Shown here in pieces: positions 58,195 to 64,000 of a stretch of DNA of 64,000 nt. The position numbers and the translations under genes are program-made. Position 1 is the stretch's first letter; the number at the start of each line of letters is the position of its first letter. The DNA lies in NCBI GenBank assembly GCA_963834265.1, contig CAWIAU010000001.1, positions 588,346-652,345 of the forward strand, written 5' to 3'. This stretch comes from an uncultured bacterium. Its GTDB lineage: Bacteria > Patescibacteriota > Saccharimonadia > Saccharimonadales > 2-12-FULL-41-12. The notes below the pieces were generated by a model, which did no database searches, had not been told where the DNA came from, and saw nothing but the letters and a program-made list of their open reading frames with translations.

Positions 58195-58933
58195 AGGACC
58201 GTAGTCCTTTAATTCTAGTCGGTAGTGTCCGTTTATCCATATATGCCCTGGGTAGCATTAGTTCAGGTTTCCAGTTGGCAATCAACTGCTTGAGATCGGT
58301 ACCTGTTTGATACTTGCCGCTAAAACCTTTATTACGGCCTTCGCCATAATTACCTTCTACCTCACCCGTTTCATGGAAGATTGCCTGTCCGATACGTTCA
58401 CCAACCGGCAGCAGGACAAGTTCTGTTTGATTCAGATTAAATATCTCGAGGGTCAACCGGTTTATGTAACCGGGATCAACCCAGCCTGCGTCAAAACAAA
58501 CTGCTATGCCATTTCGGCCCCAGCTCGAACGTGATTTGATCTCATACGCCCCCGGTGGCTTGATACCAAAAAATTCATGAGTATGAGCCAGAACGCGCTC
58601 GCCGGGACGAAGCGGGATGACAGGATGATTACGTGGTATACCCTTTTGCAAGGCAAAGCCGTTTTTCCGGCACCATTCAGCATGAGGAACGGCTTTCAGG
58701 GCACCGTCGAAATAACGGTTCACATCATCAGGATCAAAGGGATTGTAGATCAGCTTTCCGCTCATGCGCTCTGTCCGGTAATAGTAATAGCCCAGAGTCA
58801 CATCCAGGCTGGCATGGGCCACATGGCGTTCATCGAATGGCGTGCAGACAATATGCCCGTTCTCAAGCGCTGCCCGGATTTGTTTGTTGCTATAAACTCC
58901 CATAACGTCAGTATAGTGTAGCCTTTCGGACAT
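58187..58933 (-). CDS. dcd: dCTP deaminase / dUTPase-fold family protein
   Basis: KSRSSWGRNGI and DAGWVDPGYINRLTLEIFN ... GERIGQAIF. The gene overlaps the downstream Tmk-ThyX gene by 8 nt. Confidence 0.85.
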   Translation of the reverse strand: MSERLHYTDVMGVYSNKQIRAALENGHIVCTPFDERHVAHASLDVTLGYYYYRTERMSGKLIYNPFDPDDVNRYFDGALKAVPHAEWCRKNGFALQKGIPRNHPVIPLRPGERVLAHTHEFFGIKPPGAYEIKSRSSWGRNGIAVCFDAGWVDPGYINRLTLEIFNLNQTELVLLPVGERIGQAIFHETGEVEGNYGEGRNKGFSGKYQTGTDLKQLIANWKPELMLPRAYMDKRTLPTRIKGLRSYE

Positions 58934-58974
58934 GATTTAGACAACACTTAGGCGAATACCACAACAAAGTTATA

Positions 58975-59003
58975 TTGACAAATCTTAATTTGTGTGCTAA
59001 TAT
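58975..59003 (+). promoter_or_regulatory. Promoter TTGACA-17-TAATAT
   Basis: TTGACA at 58975-58980 and TAATAT at 58998-59003, about 60 nt upstream of the small ORF at 59063. Confidence 0.55.
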
Positions 59004-59062
59004 CTTTAAAATATCTACAACGATTAAACTTATAACAAATCGTAAAACCATGGAGTAAATGT

Positions 59063-59338
59063 TTGAAACGTACAGGAAAAGAAACTGTAAACAATCCGGT
59101 TTGTAGTAAACAGATTGGTTTTTCTGACGATACTCCGCGCATTCCGGCAAGCGAGGCAATCGGTATATTAAACAAAGCGGGTCATACAGGACCGGCACAA
59201 GATGTTAGTTTAGGTAGATATGCGACTTTTGTCTGCCAGGTTGAAGGGTGCGGAACCCTTACGACGGTTGGAGCTCCTGACAATCAGGCTAATGTACCTG
59301 TTGCTACTCTTAGCCTGCGCCCAAAATGTCCGTCATAG
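59063..59338 (+). CDS. Hypothetical small protein (91 aa, four Cys), TTG start
   Basis: GGAG lies 7 nt upstream of the TTG. Cys residues occur at PVCSK, FVCQVEGCG and PKCPS. The ORF is short, so it is uncertain. Confidence 0.4.
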   Translation: MKRTGKETVNNPVCSKQIGFSDDTPRIPASEAIGILNKAGHTGPAQDVSLGRYATFVCQVEGCGTLTTVGAPDNQANVPVATLSLRPKCPS

Positions 59339-59365
59339 TTGAATGTGAATTTATGTCAGTGGGTT

Positions 59366-60406
59366 CTAGGCAACTTCGCTGGTGACGACTTTGATGCCCG
59401 GACCCATAGTGGTGGTAATGCTGATTGAACGCACATAGACGCCTTTGAGACTGGCTGGCTTGTTTTGTTTGATGCTACTCAATAAGGCCGATGCGTTTTC
59501 TTCCAGCTTGTCCGGCCCGAAGCTTACTTTGCCAATCCCCGTATGGACGATACCGGTGCTGTCGACGCGGTATTCGATACGGCCGGCTTTGGCTTGTCCC
59601 ACAGCTTTGATAACATCTGCCGTTACGGTACCGCTCTTCGGATTGGGCATAAGGCCTTTTGGTCCCAAAATCCGGGCGTACTTAGCAAGCTTTACCATCA
59701 GGTTAGGAGTGGCAATTAATACATCAAAATCAATCTGACCCTTGTCCAGCTTTGCCAGGAAATCTTCATTACCGGCAAAGTCTGCACCTGCAGTCATTGC
59801 TTTTTTTGCATTGTCTTCTTCTGCAAATACAGCAATACGGACTGTTTTACCGGTTCCGGCAGGCAATATGATGATGTCGCGTACATTCTGATCTGCCTGC
59901 CGGGGATCTACACCCAGGCGTATATGTGCTTCAACAGTGCCGTCAAATTTGGCACTGTGAGTTTTGCAGGCCAGATCAAGAGCTTCTTTGAGTGTATAAA
60001 ACTTCTGGCGGTCTATAAGCCTGGCGCTCTCACGGTATTTCTTCCCGCGGCGTTCAAGGCGCGAACGTGCCGGCCTGACAGCTATTTTAGGCTTTACGGT
60101 TGACCCCTCAGTTTTAACTGCTGCTTTGCGCTCTTCTTTAGCTTCTTTCTCCTCAACTTCTTTAATGGCTTTAGGACTTCTTTTACCGGCCTTGGCAACG
60201 GCTATCGGTTCATCAGGCTGGTTTTCCGCTGCTATGGCTTCTGTCTGTTCCGGAGCATCCACAATAGCTTCAGTGACGATGTCTTCTGAAACCACGCCTG
60301 AAACAGATTTTTTGACCTTTGCAGTCTTGCTCTCAGCTTTTACTTTTTTAGTTTTTGATTCTTTGGCGTCCGCCATAATGAGTCCTTTCGTGGTACTAAT
60401 GGCCAT
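59366..60406 (-). CDS. rplA: 50S ribosomal protein L1 with a ~115-aa Lys/Ala/Glu-rich N-terminal extension
   Basis: The L1 core starts at [24 protein letters not shown] and continues to the end. GGGAGG lies 5 nt before ATG 60406. An alternative start is 60376. Confidence 0.93.
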   Translation of the reverse strand: MAISTTKGLIMADAKESKTKKVKAESKTAKVKKSVSGVVSEDIVTEAIVDAPEQTEAIAAENQPDEPIAVAKAGKRSPKAIKEVEEKEAKEERKAAVKTEGSTVKPKIAVRPARSRLERRGKKYRESARLIDRQKFYTLKEALDLACKTHSAKFDGTVEAHIRLGVDPRQADQNVRDIIILPAGTGKTVRIAVFAEEDNAKKAMTAGADFAGNEDFLAKLDKGQIDFDVLIATPNLMVKLAKYARILGPKGLMPNPKSGTVTADVIKAVGQAKAGRIEYRVDSTGIVHTGIGKVSFGPDKLEENASALLSSIKQNKPASLKGVYVRSISITTTMGPGIKVVTSEVA

Positions 60407-60437
60407 TCAGGCCTCCCACAAATTAATTATTATACTT

Positions 60438-60749
60438 TCAAGTCTCTCTACCTGACGCCATAGTAGCTGCCAGCAAGGAAATAGGATGAGGAAGATTTTG
60501 AGTCGCTCTATACGATTCAAATTCAATGGTGTTTATACCCATAGCGAGCCCTGCAAGTCCTGCAAAACGATCTTGGGCCGGTGGTAGATCAGTAAACCTG
60601 GTTTTTTGATCTACCGAGTCCTCACCAGGACCACTATCCGGAGGACTAGAAACGAGCTTTAGTTTACCTCTGTGATGCTGTTGGGCACTCGGAACATCGG
60701 GGGCCAACTCTGTTGATGAGTTGCCTTCTGGGAAAGCATGGCTTGGCAT
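60438..60749 (-). CDS. Unassigned 103-aa ORF filling the rplK-rplA spacer (may instead be structured RNA)
   Basis: Its ATG overlaps the rplK stop (TAATG). The product has a low-complexity N-terminal half. The region also folds into several strong hairpins. Confidence 0.35.
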   Translation of the reverse strand: MPSHAFPEGNSSTELAPDVPSAQQHHRGKLKLVSSPPDSGPGEDSVDQKTRFTDLPPAQDRFAGLAGLAMGINTIEFESYRATQNLPHPISLLAATMASGRET

Positions 60750-61174
60750 TATTCCAGCTCGACTCCCATGGAGCGGGCGGTGCCGGCTACCATCTTTTTG
60801 ACAGCTGGGATATCATTGGTATTCATGTCATGAGCCTTGGTTTCGGCGATGCTGGTCAGGTCGGCATCAGACAGTTTCTGAGTGAGTTTCTCGGTATTCG
60901 GCTTGCCCGATCCTTTTTTGACACCCAGTTTGTCCCGTATCAGATCGTCAACAGGCTGGCTAACCACGCGGAAAGCCATAGAACGGTCGTCGTAGATAGT
61001 AATATGGGCAGTAACTATGCCGCGCATTTCCCGCGTAGCATCGTTGAATGGCTGGATAAAATCCATCATATTGACCCCATACTGACCCAAAGTACTCCCT
61101 ACCGGAGGCGCTGCCGTAGCCTTACCGGCCGGTATCTTCATCTTCAGGTTTGCTTTGATTTTCTTGTCTGCCAT
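60749..61174 (-). CDS. rplK: 50S ribosomal protein L11
   Basis: Motif IPAGKATAAPPVGSTLGQYGVNMMDF. Confidence 0.95.
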   Translation of the reverse strand: MADKKIKANLKMKIPAGKATAAPPVGSTLGQYGVNMMDFIQPFNDATREMRGIVTAHITIYDDRSMAFRVVSQPVDDLIRDKLGVKKGSGKPNTEKLTQKLSDADLTSIAETKAHDMNTNDIPAVKKMVAGTARSMGVELE

Positions 61175-61304
61175 AAGTATTTTCGAGCCGAGCGTATGTG
61201 CTCAAGGCTCTCCTTCCCTTTCTTAATTATATTTGAAGCATTAAGACAGAAGTGCGTAACATATCTAGCATAGCATGATGGCTACTTAATGTAAATACGA
61301 AAGG

Positions 61305-61333
61305 TTGCTTTATAGTCAATAGTGTAGTATAGT
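61305..61333 (+). promoter_or_regulatory. Promoter TTGCTT-17-TATAGT, 8 nt before ATG 61342
   Basis: -35 at 61305-61310 and -10 at 61328-61333. Confidence 0.5.
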
Positions 61334-61341
61334 AATTTTCT

Positions 61342-62220
61342 ATGTCTAATCTTTTAGATGTGTACAAAGCGTGTGAGCGTTATGAATCTCACGGAGATGA
61401 GAGGCCGTCTTTAGCCGATCTTGAAACTGGAATACAAGCTATAGACTTCAGTTTTTCAACAAATAAGCTACTTATTGCTGCTGATATGTGTATTGATTTA
61501 GCGATGCTGGACCCCGATCGTTGCGATGAACATCTGGCAGCATCTCGTAAATATTTAGAGATCAGTATTGGTCGAGCTATGCAGGTAAAGAAGCAAGAAC
61601 CTGACAAATATCTCAGTTTAGGCGGAGGAGCTACAAGAGCCCATATGAGACGAGGTGAGCTTGCCAGTTGGCGACAAGCATCTCTTGGTGAGAAGATTGA
61701 AGTTTCGTATTTAAGCTTTTTTAAGAGTCTGATTTTTTCGCAACAGTTTAAGGGCGATTTATATTCGCAAGGGTTACAATTAGAACTTATACCACTGTTG
61801 CTGGGCGCACGAGCTTTAGAGACGGGCAAAAGTTTTGGGTATGTTGCCAGACTTGGACTTGTAAGGGAGGAAAACCGACGCGTAGATCCAGAAACCAGAG
61901 CTAATGCTAACCTTAACTGGGATTGTGGGGTATTTATAGATTTACCAGTAACTAATTTTGATACCCCTACTAGAAAACTGCAGGTTAAAGGAAGAGCTGG
62001 GGGAGGAAGCAGAAGAAAAGCTACTCTTCGGAGGGATTATGCCCGGGGGGGTATTCAGACTGTTAGTGCCGCAGAGTTTGGTTTTAGGGAGGTCGACACG
62101 ATTAAAGAGGTATGCCTCGCAGAGCTTAAAAATGCGCATGGAAACTCTAAACCCGGGGAGAGTGCCCGAGTTGATCTCATAACAGCGAACTTATTCGCTT
62201 CATTTAAAAAACCAATTTAG
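61342..62220 (+). CDS. Hypothetical protein (292 aa) inserted on the opposite strand between nusG and rplK
   Basis: A long ORF with its own promoter. I recognise no family. Confidence 0.6.
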   Translation: MSNLLDVYKACERYESHGDERPSLADLETGIQAIDFSFSTNKLLIAADMCIDLAMLDPDRCDEHLAASRKYLEISIGRAMQVKKQEPDKYLSLGGGATRAHMRRGELASWRQASLGEKIEVSYLSFFKSLIFSQQFKGDLYSQGLQLELIPLLLGARALETGKSFGYVARLGLVREENRRVDPETRANANLNWDCGVFIDLPVTNFDTPTRKLQVKGRAGGGSRRKATLRRDYARGGIQTVSAAEFGFREVDTIKEVCLAELKNAHGNSKPGESARVDLITANLFASFKKPI

Positions 62221-62252
62221 TAGTATCTAAACAAATGGAAGCAGCCGCTTTC

Positions 62253-62795
62253 TTATACCTTCTTTACTTGTAAGCTGTCAAGTTCGACTGGGGTGTCGCG
62301 ACCGAACATATTGACAAGAACTTTGAGTTTACCTTTTGTCTGATCGATCTCATTTATAGCGCCGTCAAAGCCTTTGAACGGACCATCGGTGATATTTACA
62401 ACTTCGCCAATCTTTAGATCGATCTTGTGCTTTGGCTGTTCCAGGCCTACACGTTTGTTGATCTTTTCCATTTCATCATCTGATATAGGCGTCGGATCAA
62501 TGCCGGTGCCGACAAAACCGGTTACATTTGGCGTATTGCGGACAATATACCACGCATCTTCAGATAGTTTCATTTGTACCAGTACATAGCCTTGAAAAAT
62601 GCGTTTTTCAACGACTTTGCGCTTGCCGTTCTTGATCTCGATCATTTTTTCTTTGGGCACCAGGACAGCAAAGATCTTGTCAGCCATTTCCAGACCTTGT
62701 GTTCGCTGGCGTATGCTGGCAGCTACCTTTTCCTCGTAGCCGCTATATGTGTGAATGGCGTACCATTGCTTAGTTGTATCGTATCTCTTACTCAT
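62253..62795 (-). CDS. nusG: Transcription termination/antitermination factor NusG
   Basis: The NGN domain WYAIHTYSGYEEKV and the KOW motif GEVVNITDGPFKGFDGAI. Confidence 0.95.
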   Translation of the reverse strand: MSKRYDTTKQWYAIHTYSGYEEKVAASIRQRTQGLEMADKIFAVLVPKEKMIEIKNGKRKVVEKRIFQGYVLVQMKLSEDAWYIVRNTPNVTGFVGTGIDPTPISDDEMEKINKRVGLEQPKHKIDLKIGEVVNITDGPFKGFDGAINEIDQTKGKLKVLVNMFGRDTPVELDSLQVKKV

Positions 62796-62873
62796 CCCGT
62801 TAGAAATCTCCCTTAAATAAATTAATGTCTTGTTGTCGTCTCATAGTACTCTTTACGCTGTTTCTAACGGGAC

Positions 62874-63293
62874 TCATTTTTTTATAATTACCTCTTTAAA
62901 TAGTCTGTCTAATCCGACATCCAGTAGCGCCACACTAGCACCAAATATTATAGAAAATACAAGTACAGCGAATGTAAGGCGTGTGGTTTCTCGTCGACCG
63001 GGCCATATGACCAGACGAATTTCTGCCCACGCATCCCGGATAAATTTGGGTACAAATCTTATCTTTACTCTCTTTTTGAGCAGCCTGCCGGCTTTGTTAT
63101 CCGGCAATGGCAGATGATACTCACGCCTGCCAAATGATGCGGCTTTTTGTGCTCCACCCCGTATTTTACCGGCGCCACCTCTCAATCGTCTTGGTTTGGC
63201 ATTTGCTGAGGTCTGCGTTCGTTCACGAACCGTTTGTTTATTTCGCAGCGACTTACTGTCCGACTTATTTTCTGAAGATTTTTTACCGGCCAT
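62874..63293 (-). CDS. secE: Preprotein translocase subunit SecE with a long basic N-terminal extension
   Basis: The C-terminal IRDAWAEIRLVIWPGRRETTRLTFAVLVFSIIFGASVALLD matches SecE. It lies upstream of nusG. Confidence 0.85.
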   Translation of the reverse strand: MAGKKSSENKSDSKSLRNKQTVRERTQTSANAKPRRLRGGAGKIRGGAQKAASFGRREYHLPLPDNKAGRLLKKRVKIRFVPKFIRDAWAEIRLVIWPGRRETTRLTFAVLVFSIIFGASVALLDVGLDRLFKEVIIKK

Positions 63294-63407
63294 GATTATT
63301 GCTGTAGCACCTCACAAATTAAATAAACCTACCCTTGATATCATAGAGTAGGTCTGCTGGTGTCAATAGTACCGCGCTTCGCTCGCTGCGTCAAGAGTAC
63401 TTCATTT

Positions 63408-64000
63408 TTAGTCCAGATCCGGTATAAATATTGAGAAAGTTGAACCTTTATTTATTTCACTTATCAATGAGATATCGGCATGTATCAAACGCGCAAGCTT
63501 CATAGTGACGTATAGCCCTAAGCCGGTTCCGCCTACCTCACGTGTACGATAATCTTCACTTCGAAAGAACTTATCGAACACTTTTTCCTGATCGGTTTTA
63601 CTGATACCGATACCGCTGTCATGAACCTGAAATAATACCCCCCCTTTGGCAGGTTCGGCTCCAATAGTGACAGAACCTTCTTTGGTATATTTGATAGCGT
63701 TCGTAACAAAATTCTGTAGAATTTCGCGTACGTACAACTTGCTTGAGCGTAGCAATTCAAGCTCCGGATCAAGATCGGTTTTTATTACGAGGCCTTTGGC
63801 GCCGGATTCATCTTTATACGCATCAGCCAGATCCTGAACTAAATCATGCGCATTTATTGGCTCTATCTCCAAAGTAAGTGCTCCTCGTTCGGCTCGCGAC
63901 AAAGTAGAAAGATCATTAATAATACTGCTAAGGAACATAATCTGAGTGCGTGCCTGCTTCAATGCTTTCTGAACCTGAACACTGCCGCCACTTTTTTCTA
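63408..64000 (-). CDS. Sensor histidine kinase, C-terminal part (gene continues beyond the window end)
   Basis: HATPase_c N box ILQNFVTNAIKY, G1 VHDSGIGI and G2 GGTGLGLYV. The frame is open to base 64000. Confidence 0.85.
   Translation of the reverse strand, partial: EKSGGSVQVQKALKQARTQIMFLSSIINDLSTLSRAERGALTLEIEPINAHDLVQDLADAYKDESGAKGLVIKTDLDPELELLRSSKLYVREILQNFVTNAIKYTKEGSVTIGAEPAKGGVLFQVHDSGIGISKTDQEKVFDKFFRSEDYRTREVGGTGLGLYVTMKLARLIHADISLISEINKGSTFSIFIPDLD

Noticed and set aside
60713-61273. 186-aa plus-strand ORF antisense to rplK.
   Set aside because: It is almost entirely antisense to a highly conserved ribosomal protein gene, which is a typical shadow ORF. The same applies to the many other antisense ORFs in the track, for example 1557-1973, 8570-8890, 9226-9711, 44364-45017 and 54200-54550.
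1-64000. CRISPR arrays, transposases, integrases, reverse transcriptases, and alternative genetic code (UGA recoding).
   Set aside because: I saw no spaced direct-repeat arrays and no ORF with recombinase or RT motifs. Conserved genes terminate cleanly at TGA (for example purC at 21309-21311), so the standard code fits.

Overview
This is a bacterial chromosomal segment of moderate GC with very dense coding. I found no rRNA, CRISPR array, transposase or integrase. TGA, TAA and TAG all act as stops, so the standard code applies. I cannot assign a lineage from the sequence alone.

Layout:
- 1-7.9 kb: the end of atpC, two unknown paralogous genes, a UvrD-type helicase-nuclease and a GH37 trehalase.
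- 7.9-22.7 kb: a nearly complete purine de novo block (single-chain purL, purM, purD, purN, purF, purE, purC, purB). prs, folD, an FTCD-type cyclohydrolase and a class IV aminotransferase are interleaved.
- 22.7-33.3 kb: hydrolases, a PlsC-like acyltransferase and a frameshifted SAM methyltransferase next to ahcY and a PfkB kinase. An FMN riboswitch then controls ribBA-ribD.
- 33.3-39.6 kb: an accessory stretch. It holds a 21-bp inverted-repeat element, DUF1697, an SF2 helicase with a 553-aa orphan, DUF1801, and tRNA-Gln surrounded by tRNA-Gln fragments.
- 39.6-45.5 kb: envelope genes (M15 peptidase, two GT4 glycosyltransferases, an AI-2E transporter).
- 45.5-64 kb: a minus-strand core block (cysS, nrnA-like, recR, ybaB, dnaB, dnaX, rplL, rplJ, rplA, rplK, nusG, secE, partial histidine kinase).

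Most notable observations:
- The secE-nusG-rplKAJL cluster is interrupted three times, including by a dcd plus Tmk-ThyX fusion module and by opposite-strand orphan genes.
- A 340-nt insert lies between rplK and rplA.
- Partial and inverted tRNA-Gln pieces surround the intact tRNA-Gln gene.
- A 21-bp perfect inverted repeat encloses a GC-richer core.
- A tandem paralog pair carries a C-x-D-G-R / H / G-C-G signature.
- A recurrent TATAAT-N6-10-ATG architecture suggests leaderless transcripts.
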